The notes: generated by a model not told the origin, from the sequence alone. DNA of 39,852 nt from a virus (IMGVR_UViG_3300031772_000101:1-39852); one strand, 5' to 3'; counted from the stretch's first letter, positions 10,173-19,780 are shown. Numbers and translations: made by a program.

Positions 10173-10934
10173 TTAGGCTTCATTAATCTTTTTGTTAATA
10201 GTTTCGTTAAGTAATCTAGCTTCTGCCATCTTCATTTCTTGAGTTGGGGCGGCGTCCGGTGTAGGGGCTTTAAGTTTAGACATTTTGTCATTAAATACTT
10301 CCATAAAATACATGGAAGTCTCTAAATCCATTTGAGACAAAACTTCTTTAATTACATCATGAAATACCGAAATATGCTGATCCACGACCTGTAAAGTTAC
10401 GTTATGCTGAATGATTTGATCAGCTACTGGAACTTCATTAAATTTATGACATTTTTCCAAAAGCCCGCCAAATACTTCGGCATAATCAATTAATAAACGA
10501 TCTACTTTAGTATTAATATTACGAGGGTCTTCTTGAATTTCATCGAAAACTTGTGATAAACGAGTTTCAATATTAGTGGCTAATCGAGATACCATTTGCC
10601 TAAGATCTATTTCATTATCTAATGTTTTAATTATAGCTTCTTTATAAGCCGAATTACCTTTAACAGATAACTCTAATTGATCTTGTGTTCCAAGAACTAA
10701 AGCTGTTTTAGTTTTAGATAGATCTTGCTGCATATCATTGTAAAAATCTAAATAAGTATTTTGAAAAGATTTAAGAATCTTTTCAGAAATGACAAATTTT
10801 GTTTCACTTACATTGGTATATTTGCCTTTTAACCAATCATGAATATCGTTAATTGGTTGACCAATTACCAATTTAGAAATAATTTCATCTTTATCTGGAT
10901 GCTCCAGAATTTTTTTGTAAGTGGGTTTGTTCAT
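10173..10934 (-). CDS. Hypothetical protein, N-terminal HTH-like region plus coiled coil (possible terminase small subunit)
   Basis: HPDKDEIISKLVIGQPINDIHDWL...ISEKILKSF resembles an HTH; long amphipathic helices follow. The function is inferred only. Confidence 0.55.
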   Translation of the reverse strand: MNKPTYKKILEHPDKDEIISKLVIGQPINDIHDWLKGKYTNVSETKFVISEKILKSFQNTYLDFYNDMQQDLSKTKTALVLGTQDQLELSVKGNSAYKEAIIKTLDNEIDLRQMVSRLATNIETRLSQVFDEIQEDPRNINTKVDRLLIDYAEVFGGLLEKCHKFNEVPVADQIIQHNVTLQVVDQHISVFHDVIKEVLSQMDLETSMYFMEVFNDKMSKLKAPTPDAAPTQEMKMAEARLLNETINKKINEA

Positions 10935-10943
10935 TCGATGCCT

Positions 10944-11657
10944 TCATTTATTATACCCAAGTCTGCCTTCACGAGTATCGAAAATGGCATGGAAAGGAAT
11001 TTCAGATGTTTGGGTTTGTTGAGCAACATCACCACCAGGAACCTTAGATCCATTATTTAGTTCAAAACCAGTCTCAAAATTATAAGCTTTTTTATCTAAT
11101 TCGCATTGCCACATGTGCTCGCCTACGCGTGCAATCTGGACGCCAGGATGATCAGGGCAGTATCTTGTGCTTAAAGGCGCCTCTAAAATAGTATATTTTT
11201 TAGTCATATTACTTTTATCAATAGCGTCTTCTGATTTTTTAATAGAATTTACTTTGTGCAATTCTTCACTAGGTGATTCATATTTCTTTTTTAATTCAAG
11301 AAGTCTATTGTCTTGTAAATCTTTTCTTTCAGCATAAGCATTTGGTGGAGCAGCAATAGACATTAATAATTCGTCTAATACAGACGCTTGTTTCTTTAAT
11401 TGAGGATCTCCTGATGCATCAAAAGCTCCAGCAAGGGCAGCAATCTCATCTAAAGATTCTGGTGTAATATTGGATGCTTCTGGAGCCTCCATACCATCAA
11501 CTTCCTCAGCTGCTTTTTTAAGTAAGGCGGCGGCAAGAACACAAGATTCTGCTACAACCTGTGAACAGTTTTCATCAGATTCCGCTAATAATAAAGCCTC
11601 ATTATTTGGGCTTTCTAGCCATGTAGCAATAGCTTGTAACATTTCTGCAATTCTCAT
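10944..11657 (-). CDS. Hypothetical protein with C-terminal Cys/His metal-binding motif
   Basis: AAGGAG RBS; STRYCPDHPG...WQCELD near the C-terminus. Confidence 0.7.
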   Translation of the reverse strand: MRIAEMLQAIATWLESPNNEALLLAESDENCSQVVAESCVLAAALLKKAAEEVDGMEAPEASNITPESLDEIAALAGAFDASGDPQLKKQASVLDELLMSIAAPPNAYAERKDLQDNRLLELKKKYESPSEELHKVNSIKKSEDAIDKSNMTKKYTILEAPLSTRYCPDHPGVQIARVGEHMWQCELDKKAYNFETGFELNNGSKVPGGDVAQQTQTSEIPFHAIFDTREGRLGYNK

Positions 11658-11666
11658 TATAACTCC

Positions 11667-12917
11667 TTATGAACCTAAGTCTTCAAATAAACTAGCGTCT
11701 AATTTATTGCCAACCATTGGTCCGGCATGTTCGGAAAATTCTTGTGCAACCGCTAATGCGCCATCTAAATCTACTTGATTGTTTATTATTTTCATTTGAA
11801 CTTCAATTGGAATCTTATTCCACATAGCTCTTTCCTCGGCACTTAAACCAGTAATAATTTCTCTAATATTTTTCTTTGGTTTAATTTTAGATGGCAGGGC
11901 GGGCGAACCAAACATTTTTTCTGAAGTTAACTTTTCACGCGCATCTTGGTCAGCTTTATTTAAAGCAATATATCTGGCAGCAAGCCCCAATTTTCTAACG
12001 GTAGTTTTAGATAATATTTTTTTATCTGGACCAAAAATTACTTCATCTTCGCCAATGGTCTTGCCTTTAGATTGTCTATCGATTACATTATCTGCTCTCA
12101 TATAGGCTCTAAATACATCACTTAAATACTTTTCAATTTCTGGCGATGTGCCAACATATTTATGCCACGTTTCAATGACTGGCATTAAACCAAGTTTAGT
12201 TATTCCTAAAAATTCATCAAATAAACGAAGTATTGTCTCTCGCTCATGATCATGTAATGATCCAACTTCTCTAGAAGTATCACCCATAGACTCTACATTG
12301 TTAATTAAATTATCTAAAGAAGTCTTATCTACAAGACCGTGTTCAGACATTTTTTTCAAAATATCAATAGATCTTTTTGTAGTATTAGCTATGCTATCTA
12401 AAGTTTTAGTTAATCTTCCAAACTTACCCTCTAGATCCTTTTTAGCCATTGCATTAAGCGCTTTACCATTACCGTAGGCACCTTGAGTAGTAAAATAATC
12501 GCCCAAAATTTCTAATGCATTTAAGTACTTATTACGTGGTTTACCCCACTTATCGCTTCCACTAGATTTGGCTAAACTGGCAATTGCTTCAGCTATCTTT
12601 ACTGTAGAAGCGACCATACCTTCTAATGGTAATGATTCTGCCTTATTAGAAATTTTAAAAATTTCTCCAACCAATGCTTTACAATCTGTAATGCCTTGTT
12701 GAGCCTTTTCTCCAAAAGTAGCTAATGGATCTTCTGGCATAGCAAAAGTAGCAGATCTTAATTCGGGCGATTCATTAACTGTAACCGCCATCTTAAGGAA
12801 ATTTTTACGCAATTCTTCAGTATACTTATCTTTGAAAGCAGCATAATCAATAGGTAGCTGACCAGCGCCAAGCGCTGATTTTAGCTCAAATTTTCTGGCT
12901 ACCACATAAATGCTCAT
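11667..12917 (-). CDS. Hypothetical protein
   Basis: 416 aa ORF tightly packed between its neighbours; no recognisable motif. Confidence 0.65.
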   Translation of the reverse strand: MSIYVVARKFELKSALGAGQLPIDYAAFKDKYTEELRKNFLKMAVTVNESPELRSATFAMPEDPLATFGEKAQQGITDCKALVGEIFKISNKAESLPLEGMVASTVKIAEAIASLAKSSGSDKWGKPRNKYLNALEILGDYFTTQGAYGNGKALNAMAKKDLEGKFGRLTKTLDSIANTTKRSIDILKKMSEHGLVDKTSLDNLINNVESMGDTSREVGSLHDHERETILRLFDEFLGITKLGLMPVIETWHKYVGTSPEIEKYLSDVFRAYMRADNVIDRQSKGKTIGEDEVIFGPDKKILSKTTVRKLGLAARYIALNKADQDAREKLTSEKMFGSPALPSKIKPKKNIREIITGLSAEERAMWNKIPIEVQMKIINNQVDLDGALAVAQEFSEHAGPMVGNKLDASLFEDLGS

Positions 12918-12920
12918 GGT

Positions 12921-14540
12921 TTATCCAAAAATTTTAGAATTGTTAAATGCGGCGACCTCGTAAGACTCTTCCATGCCTCTTCTATAAAGAGGGCGACAAT
13001 TGCCATCTTTATCTTGATAGACTTTATGAGCTGGTAATCCAGTATGAACACAAATTGGATGCTCACTAGAAGCATTTTTAACTGTATGAGTGCATGCGCT
13101 CTTTGGAGTAGGATCTTCCTTATTAGCGAGCGCTTGCATAAAGATTTGGAAACCAGTAGCATATGCTTTTTCATCACCAGCGCTTGCTAGGACGTTAAGA
13201 GCGTCTTCCGCTTTCGCATTATTACCTTCGTTGACAGCTTGTCTAATATTGTTAACCAAATCACTTGGCTTCAATCCAAATAATGGAGACGCAGCGGCAG
13301 CTGCCTTGAAGTCACTTTGGTTATTAACATATAATTCATTAACGCCTTCAGGACTAAATGGGGCGACCGAACCATTGCACAACATCAAGCTTGGCTTAGT
13401 AATTTTACCACCAGCAACCTTAACAGGAACCGTAAATCCAACTCTACCAGCATCTAAAGACACGCTATAAAAAATGGTATTATCATCACTCTTAGAAACT
13501 GTTACTTGAGTATTTTTATGACCATAACTGGTCAATTCTCTAACAATATGTTCTCTTGCAATCTTAACTTTATCAGCACCGAATTGCCAAGCAGCTTGAC
13601 CATATGGAGAAGTAAATTGTTTTTCGAAAGACATAAACTCGTCATACTTTGGTAACTCAACATCTTGTACAGATGCTTCAGCAACCTTTTGCCCAACAAT
13701 TTGATTAGCAAAAAATTCAGATTTACCTTGCCTAGTTGCATTAAGTTTAATTAATGCAAGTTCTGCGCCGCTAACTTCTCTATTTTCAGAGACCGCAGTA
13801 GTAAGAACCCCTAGAATGCCAGATGCATTTACTTGTAATTTATTACCAGCAGAAGAGGTTAGATAAGTTTTAATAGAAGTATGATTTAATTCTTGTGGTC
13901 CAGTATTTCCCATAAAAACAGACGCCTCAACAATTTTATTGTTGCGCGTCTCAACAGGAACATAAAAGCTAGTAACACCCTTTGGAGTTTCATAGTCTGC
14001 TTTAATAATTAAAAATTTATCATTACCAGCATCAACTTTCAAAGAATTTGGTTTTAAATTCCAATCATCTAAAGTAGATGCAACCGAAGATAATGCTTTG
14101 GTAGCTAAAGCTTGAGAATACATTTTAACTGGTAAGTGCTTATCAAATACGCTTGGTAGGGCATTTGCAAGAACCGCATCTCCAACTTCAAATGGATTTA
14201 ATTCACTAACAGAGTCGTCTCTATTATAGAGTTGTGGAGTAGGAAGAGATTCTACTGCGCCAAGTTCATCTTGAAATAATTCTGCAAATTTAGTATTACG
14301 AGAATGAAGTTTAGCATATAATGCTTTCAATTCTGCTTTACGAATAAAAAGCGTATTATTACTTGCCATCTTGCCAATTACTCTAGACATGGCACCTATG
14401 GTTTGATCACCTGGATAGGCATCAACTGCTTTAGCTAACTTAGCGGCTAGAATTGGAGTAGCAACTCTTTCATTGTCATCGATTGACTTTGTTAGAGAAC
14501 CTACTAGTTGTTGTATTTTGTCAAGACTCATTTTGAACAC
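12921..14540 (-). CDS. Hypothetical protein, probable structural; internal duplicated beta-rich segment and C-terminal Cys/His cluster
   Basis: 539 aa. Two similar segments (SFYVPVETRNNKIVEASVFMGN / GFTVPVKVAGGKITKPSLMLCN). C-terminal C..H...CVHTGLP.H...C. Confidence 0.7.
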   Translation of the reverse strand: MFKMSLDKIQQLVGSLTKSIDDNERVATPILAAKLAKAVDAYPGDQTIGAMSRVIGKMASNNTLFIRKAELKALYAKLHSRNTKFAELFQDELGAVESLPTPQLYNRDDSVSELNPFEVGDAVLANALPSVFDKHLPVKMYSQALATKALSSVASTLDDWNLKPNSLKVDAGNDKFLIIKADYETPKGVTSFYVPVETRNNKIVEASVFMGNTGPQELNHTSIKTYLTSSAGNKLQVNASGILGVLTTAVSENREVSGAELALIKLNATRQGKSEFFANQIVGQKVAEASVQDVELPKYDEFMSFEKQFTSPYGQAAWQFGADKVKIAREHIVRELTSYGHKNTQVTVSKSDDNTIFYSVSLDAGRVGFTVPVKVAGGKITKPSLMLCNGSVAPFSPEGVNELYVNNQSDFKAAAAASPLFGLKPSDLVNNIRQAVNEGNNAKAEDALNVLASAGDEKAYATGFQIFMQALANKEDPTPKSACTHTVKNASSEHPICVHTGLPAHKVYQDKDGNCRPLYRRGMEESYEVAAFNNSKIFG

Positions 14541-14553
14541 CTATTCCGTAATG

Positions 14554-15006
14554 TTATACTAACTCCGGGTACTTATTTAATACCTCTTTTTTAGCTGATT
14601 CGGTTAGCTCATTAAGGAGAGCCTTTACTAATTTTTTATTAGCAGCTAATTTAGAGGGCAAGTATTCTTCTATTTTTGATAATTCAGAGCGAGGAATACC
14701 TAATTTGCTAGAGGATACTCTAACAAGCGGGTCTCCTTTATAAGAAACTTGTAAGTCGCCTGCTGTTTTACTGACCACTACTCCCCAAAGAGCGGCAACT
14801 TTTACCTCTTCTTCTTGGTACATAGCTACAATATAATCGCCATCATCAGCACTTTGAACTTGCCATAAATCAGCAGAATTATCGCTATCTTTAAAACGCA
14901 CAACGTCAAAAGCTACAGTCTCAAGGCGATCTTTTACGTCACTTAACCTGTAGGCTCTCTTGTAGATTTTATTTTCTAAACCTGAGTAATCAATCGAATT
15001 TTTCAT
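14554..15006 (-). CDS. Hypothetical protein
   Basis: 150 aa; ATGA overlap with the upstream HNH gene; AGGTGA RBS. Confidence 0.7.
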   Translation of the reverse strand: MKNSIDYSGLENKIYKRAYRLSDVKDRLETVAFDVVRFKDSDNSADLWQVQSADDGDYIVAMYQEEEVKVAALWGVVVSKTAGDLQVSYKGDPLVRVSSSKLGIPRSELSKIEEYLPSKLAANKKLVKALLNELTESAKKEVLNKYPELV

Positions 15007-15563
15007 AAATCACCTATTAATTTGTTTGATTTTTTAAGATTTTCTATTTTTTCTAATGGACGTAAATTATCTAACGCCCAACATATCTTAAAATTATCAT
15101 CACTCATTGAAGTATATGGCAAAAGAGATTGAGGATAAATATGATCTATATGCCAATAAATACCATAATTTGCCCATGACATATTTTTATCGAATTGATT
15201 TTCAAGATGAAATTTAAGTTCTACCATAGTATATGGTAAATATTTTAATATTGATTGATTATTCTTTTTGCCATTAAGTGCCTGCCAAATCATACTAGAA
15301 CAATTTTTTCTTAATTTATAAGAAGGGTCTATTTTGCGGCGATTTAAATCATATTTATTAAAATTATCATTTATTTTTTTTTTATTTCTGAGATAATAAT
15401 TGTGCCTAGTGCTAGAAACCTTTTCTTTATTTTCAAAAGAATATTTTTTTTGATATTCTTTTCTTTCATCTATATTGGATAGATAGTATTCATTTTGCTT
15501 TTCTAATAAACGAGATTTGTTGTCCTGATACCATTTTTTTTTATATTCTTTTCTATCAGACAT
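15003..15563 (-). CDS. HNH homing endonuclease-like protein
   Basis: Lys/Tyr-rich helical N-terminus, then WHIDHIYPQS...CWALDNLRPLEKIENLKKSNK. Start set at ATG 15563, which follows a GGAGA RBS. Confidence 0.85.
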   Translation of the reverse strand: MSDRKEYKKKWYQDNKSRLLEKQNEYYLSNIDERKEYQKKYSFENKEKVSSTRHNYYLRNKKKINDNFNKYDLNRRKIDPSYKLRKNCSSMIWQALNGKKNNQSILKYLPYTMVELKFHLENQFDKNMSWANYGIYWHIDHIYPQSLLPYTSMSDDNFKICWALDNLRPLEKIENLKKSNKLIGDL

Positions 15564-15616
15564 TGCATCTCCAATTAAACAAATCACGCCTATTTTAATA
15601 TGAAAGTATTAGCATT

Positions 15617-15651
15617 TAAACAAAAGGCATATCCTGTACAGGATATGCCTT
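15617..15651 (-). terminator. Intrinsic terminator (perfect 28-bp palindrome followed by a T-rich tract)
   Basis: AAGGCATATCCTGTACAGGATATGCCTT at 15624-15651 is its own reverse complement. On the minus strand the stem runs into TTTTGTTT. Confidence 0.8.
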
Positions 15652-15694
15652 AATATTTACTTTTATCTTCTCTAAAATTTTAATATACGAACGG

Positions 15695-16144
15695 TTACCA
15701 TTTTTCTGCCCTGGCATCTTCCATCTTTTGGAGGATATCTTTAATCTTATCGTCGCCCTCAATAATCTTTCTAATCTTCTTACGGGCTCCGCCATAGATT
15801 TTCTTACCATTCTTATAGTCAACGTTGCCATTCAAAGACTTAGTAATAGAGCTTTGATTGACATTTAGCATTTTAGCTATCTCCATTTGGGTATAGCCAT
15901 CCGCATAAAGTCTAATAACTTCTCTTTGTCTTGGGGTCAATAGGGTATCTACGACTCTCCAAAACTCTTTTTTTAACTGATCCTCTAAATCAATTAGGGT
16001 CTCATCATATGCAAAACCTCCGGTTAATCTATTATAGATAGAGTCTTCATTGCAAAATGCTTCCATCATATCATTTGAGCATACTGTCTCTAATAAAACC
16101 CATTGGTAACGGTCGGACCTGTTCTGTCTTTTATTTATAGTCAT
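15695..16144 (-). CDS. Sigma-70 region 4 / LuxR-type HTH protein
   Basis: LTPRQREVIRLYADGYTQMEIAKMLNVNQSSITKSL; AAGGAG RBS; no recognisable sigma region 2. Confidence 0.8.
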   Translation of the reverse strand: MTINKRQNRSDRYQWVLLETVCSNDMMEAFCNEDSIYNRLTGGFAYDETLIDLEDQLKKEFWRVVDTLLTPRQREVIRLYADGYTQMEIAKMLNVNQSSITKSLNGNVDYKNGKKIYGGARKKIRKIIEGDDKIKDILQKMEDARAEKW

Positions 16145-16234
16145 ATTAACTCCTTAGAAATTTTGTCTTACATGTTTGTAATTATTCTTCTGTAAATATA
16201 TCAATAATAAAATTATGAAAATTAAACTAAATTT

Positions 16235-17002
16235 TTAGTCTTTAACAACGAAAGACATGGACGTATCACCACTTTTAGTTAAGTATTCGTCTATGTCTTT
16301 ATAACTTTCTGGTATGTAAAAATTCTGAATATTGGCAAATTTGCCGAACATATCGACAATTCTTTTCCTCCCCTTTTCGCCTGCTACATCATTATCTAAT
16401 AACAAAAATATGTTATTAGTGTATCTGCTAATGACAGAAAATTGATAGGCAGTCATAAAAGAATTGCCTAAAGCCACAATATTATTAAGACCTTTCTCCT
16501 TAGCCTTAATAACATCAAACTGACCTTCTACGATATAAACCATATTTTGGTCTAAAATAGCTTTTTTATTTTCATATAAACCAAATAATAATCTACCTTT
16601 CTTAAAGTGCTTAGATTCCTTAGTATTTTTATACTTTGATATTTTTTTTGCACTTCGTTCTTCATCCGATAATAATGATCTACCAACTAAAGCTACTTGT
16701 TTACCATATACATCTTTAAATGGCATAATTAATGGATGATCTTCAAAATAACAAAAATTTATTGTTCTAGGGCAAAGAGAGTCTTCTATATCTTTTGAAT
16801 ATAATAATTCATTATTACGAAGCAGGTCTTCTCCAATAATGTCGGTCAAAACATGTAAATTCTTAATTCCTGGAAAGTATCCAAATTGAAATGTTTCTTT
16901 ACTATCTGCAGATACCCTTGAATCTACATAAGACTTAATTTCCTGAGCTTCCGGAAAATTATCCATCAAATACTTACAAGATTCTACTATTTTATCAAAC
17001 AT
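16235..17002 (-). CDS. dnaG: DNA primase catalytic core (DnaG N-terminal catalytic subdomain plus Toprim), lacking the zinc-binding domain
   Basis: LIMPFKDVYGKQVALVGRSL, KYKNT, FKKGRLLFGL, YIVEGQFDVI, VALG, LLLDNDVAG, KDIDEYL. No CHC2 motif. Confidence 0.9.
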   Translation of the reverse strand: MFDKIVESCKYLMDNFPEAQEIKSYVDSRVSADSKETFQFGYFPGIKNLHVLTDIIGEDLLRNNELLYSKDIEDSLCPRTINFCYFEDHPLIMPFKDVYGKQVALVGRSLLSDEERSAKKISKYKNTKESKHFKKGRLLFGLYENKKAILDQNMVYIVEGQFDVIKAKEKGLNNIVALGNSFMTAYQFSVISRYTNNIFLLLDNDVAGEKGRKRIVDMFGKFANIQNFYIPESYKDIDEYLTKSGDTSMSFVVKD

Positions 17003-17026
17003 TACAAACTTCCTATCGTGGTATGT

Positions 17027-17365
17027 TTACACGTCTTTATCGGTTGTTCTTAACTTTTCTTTTAACATATTTTTAAATATTGGACTTAAATTATCAAGTG
17101 GCTTAGAGCATACTCCACAAACCACATCATCATTTACTATCTTAGGACGCTCTTCTCTATTACATTTAGCACACTTCACTGCAAAAGGTTTAGCGCTTTT
17201 TTGTTTAAATTGCTTAGACATCTTCATTTGATTTTTTACAAATGGAGTTAAATTAACAATTTCATTATCACATAGAGAACAATAAACTTTATTATCAACT
17301 GGATTTAAATATGGTTCTTGAATTTTACCACACCCTTTAGTTGTACAAAATGTTGAAAATGCCAT
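17027..17365 (-). CDS. Small double zinc-ribbon protein
   Basis: Four Cys pairs: CTTKGC, CSLC, CAKC, CGVC. Confidence 0.7.
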   Translation of the reverse strand: MAFSTFCTTKGCGKIQEPYLNPVDNKVYCSLCDNEIVNLTPFVKNQMKMSKQFKQKSAKPFAVKCAKCNREERPKIVNDDVVCGVCSKPLDNLSPIFKNMLKEKLRTTDKDV

Positions 17366-17377
17366 TAAATTATCCTT

Positions 17378-18313
17378 TCAATTAGGTTTAGTAAGACTAT
17401 TAATTAATATATTGATATCCTCTGGATACTGTACGTCCAATATAATTTTTTGGTCTCCAGAACGATTTACTCCAAAACGAGGTAAAATTACTTCATCCTT
17501 ATTTCTAGACTTGGGCTTAATTTCTATTTCTTTATTTCCCATAATAGTATTAATAGTTTTCTTACAACCCTGTAAAGCTTCAAGTAAAGATATTGAAATA
17601 TTAGACATTACAGTATTGCCATCTAATGTTAATCCTGGTTCTGGAGTTACACTTAGATGCAAGTGCACGTCCGTATGCTGCTCCATAGGACCAAAATTTC
17701 CAACAAAATGTCCCATCCCACCTAACCTTAAAATATTTGTATTTTGGACACCGCCAGGAATAGAAACATCAATTGAAGCCTCAGCATCAACAACTCCATT
17801 CTGATTGCATGATGTACAAGCATTTACTTGTGAGCGACCATAACATTTATCACAAGTTTGCATGAAAATCATATTTCCCCTTTGAGATGTCACTTGCCCC
17901 TTACCACCACATTTATCGCAACCATTGTTAAGAACAGTTTGACCTTGCCCATTACAATCTTTACATTTAGTTTTACGATTAAATTTAAGTGTCTTCTTGC
18001 ATCCAATTACTGATTCTTTAAAAGAAATAGTTGTATGTATATTAATATTATCTGCTTGATAAATAGTTTGTCTACCAAATGGATTAAATGGATTATTGGC
18101 TTGTTGCCATTGAACCTCTTCACGGTCAGTTCCTTTTCCAGATGATACACATTGATAAGCTTCATTAATCTTCTTGAATTTATCTTCGGCACCAGCCTCT
18201 TTATTAATGTCCGGATGATACTTTTTTGTAAGTTCCCGATATTTCTTCTTCGCCTCTTCTGGCGTAGAGGTTTGCGGAATTTCTAAAATTGTATAGGCTT
18301 CCTTTAGATTCAT
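17378..18313 (-). CDS. dnaJ: DnaJ/Hsp40 co-chaperone
   Basis: J-domain with KYHPD and FKKINEAY; zinc motifs CKDCNGQG, CDKCGGKG, CDKCYGRS, CTSCNQNG; C-terminal VSIPGGV, ISLLEALQG, GDQ. Confidence 0.93.
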   Translation of the reverse strand: MNLKEAYTILEIPQTSTPEEAKKKYRELTKKYHPDINKEAGAEDKFKKINEAYQCVSSGKGTDREEVQWQQANNPFNPFGRQTIYQADNINIHTTISFKESVIGCKKTLKFNRKTKCKDCNGQGQTVLNNGCDKCGGKGQVTSQRGNMIFMQTCDKCYGRSQVNACTSCNQNGVVDAEASIDVSIPGGVQNTNILRLGGMGHFVGNFGPMEQHTDVHLHLSVTPEPGLTLDGNTVMSNISISLLEALQGCKKTINTIMGNKEIEIKPKSRNKDEVILPRFGVNRSGDQKIILDVQYPEDINILINSLTKPN

Positions 18314-18894
18314 TTTTTATTAACCTTAGACTTCTTTACTTTTGGTTTCTTTACTTTTCGCACAATTTTTCCAGTTAAAACAAAAGCATAATATAGCGCC
18401 ACGGCTACGCCGTCCGCTTTATCAAAACTTTCTACTTTAACTTTTCCCTTTTTATCATGCTCGTAAGGAAATGTAATTCCTAAATGTTTAGCGACAAGCT
18501 CTGGCATATCTTCTTTTTTTGGCAAATCTTTATTTAATTTAAGTCCATGCCTAATACTCATAACATTAAACAATTCTGGTTGCCTTTGTAAATAATCATA
18601 AGATAATAAACAAACCATTCTATTAAATGTAGTTAATACTACAACTGTGGTTGCTGTGCTTTTTGGCATAAACTTAATTAAATCTTCTATTCCAATATAA
18701 TCTGGCTTAATCTTATCTATAATATCTATTAACTTATCTCTAGTATCAACAATACGTTCCATTATAGTTCCCTTTTTAGAGGGAGTTAAATAATTCATAG
18801 AAATATATTTAGTGGTATTATTAATATCATCCACTTCTAATACGCAATATCCTATTGTGGAACTCGAAATATCGAAACCTAGCACTTTTTTCAT
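18310..18894 (-). CDS. ruvC: RuvC-like Holliday junction resolvase
   Basis: VLGFDISSSTIGYCVL, YIGIED, FDKADGVAVA acidic residues of the RNase H fold. Confidence 0.82.
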   Translation of the reverse strand: MKKVLGFDISSSTIGYCVLEVDDINNTTKYISMNYLTPSKKGTIMERIVDTRDKLIDIIDKIKPDYIGIEDLIKFMPKSTATTVVVLTTFNRMVCLLSYDYLQRQPELFNVMSIRHGLKLNKDLPKKEDMPELVAKHLGITFPYEHDKKGKVKVESFDKADGVAVALYYAFVLTGKIVRKVKKPKVKKSKVNKK

Positions 18895-18912
18895 ACTAGA
18901 TAATATATCGAT

Positions 18913-18952
18913 AAAAATAGAAAGGGACTCAAGCGTTAGCTTGAGCCCCTTT
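18913..18952 (-). terminator. Intrinsic terminator downstream of the SSB gene
   Basis: Minus strand AAAGGGGCTCAAGC-TAAC-GCTTGAGTCCCTTT followed by CTATTTTT. Confidence 0.8.
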
Positions 18953-18979
18953 ATTTACTCTAATAACAACACTAGATTA

Positions 18980-19702
18980 TTAAGAAGCTGTTGGCGCTTC
19001 AGTATCACCAGCATAAGCTGGGAAATCTGAGCCCATTTCATCATCATCAGTCATGCTAACGGTTTGAGCCTTAGCAGCCTTAGGGGCAGCTTTGGTAGTT
19101 TTGCCAGCAGCAGGTGCTGCAGCATCAGACGTAACACCATTAATCTTATCAATTCTCTTCTGAACATTTTCAGGAGTAAGTGGAGTACAGCGCCTCTTAA
19201 GATCATCAAGATCAGCATCATCTTTCAATTTCTGATCACCAGCTGATAATGGTTCCTTAGAAATTGGTTGAACAGAATAGTAACCAGCAGCGCCACCGTT
19301 TTTGTCTACGACAATATCGATATCATACTTGGTAGGATCTCCCCAACGTTGAGTGTTTCTTGCAAGCTTTCTGATAGCAGAAAATACTTGATAAGAAACA
19401 TCAAGAACTTTATAAGTTCCAGTCTTACGATCAATTACTCCGTAAAACCAACGAGCCTTAGCTTTATCGCCACCATCACAAAGCTGACAGCTGCCATGAA
19501 TTTGTGAGCAAGAAACTTTTTGCCCAAATCCAGGATCACCTTCCTTCTTATACTTGTGAACCAAATATTGGAAAGGAGCAGTAACAAGTCTTAACTCATT
19601 AGAGCCTTCACCTAAACGAAGGAAAAGATCCTTGTTATTAACTTGCTTTTTATCACCACCATACAAATCGTCATTATAAGAAACTTCACCAAATGTAGTC
19701 AT
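18980..19702 (-). CDS. Single-stranded DNA-binding protein, T4 gp32-like
   Basis: FLRLGEGSNELRLV, H...C...CQLC zinc ligands, RWFYGVIDR, GDPTKYDIDI, acidic flexible C-tail, strong AGGAG RBS. Confidence 0.7.
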   Translation of the reverse strand: MTTFGEVSYNDDLYGGDKKQVNNKDLFLRLGEGSNELRLVTAPFQYLVHKYKKEGDPGFGQKVSCSQIHGSCQLCDGGDKAKARWFYGVIDRKTGTYKVLDVSYQVFSAIRKLARNTQRWGDPTKYDIDIVVDKNGGAAGYYSVQPISKEPLSAGDQKLKDDADLDDLKRRCTPLTPENVQKRIDKINGVTSDAAAPAAGKTTKAAPKAAKAQTVSMTDDDEMGSDFPAYAGDTEAPTAS

Positions 19703-19780
19703 GTTATTCTCCTGATATTTATCTATTGTACTTCGCGTACATTTTTCTTTTAATCAACTAACGTTTTTTATCGAAACACA

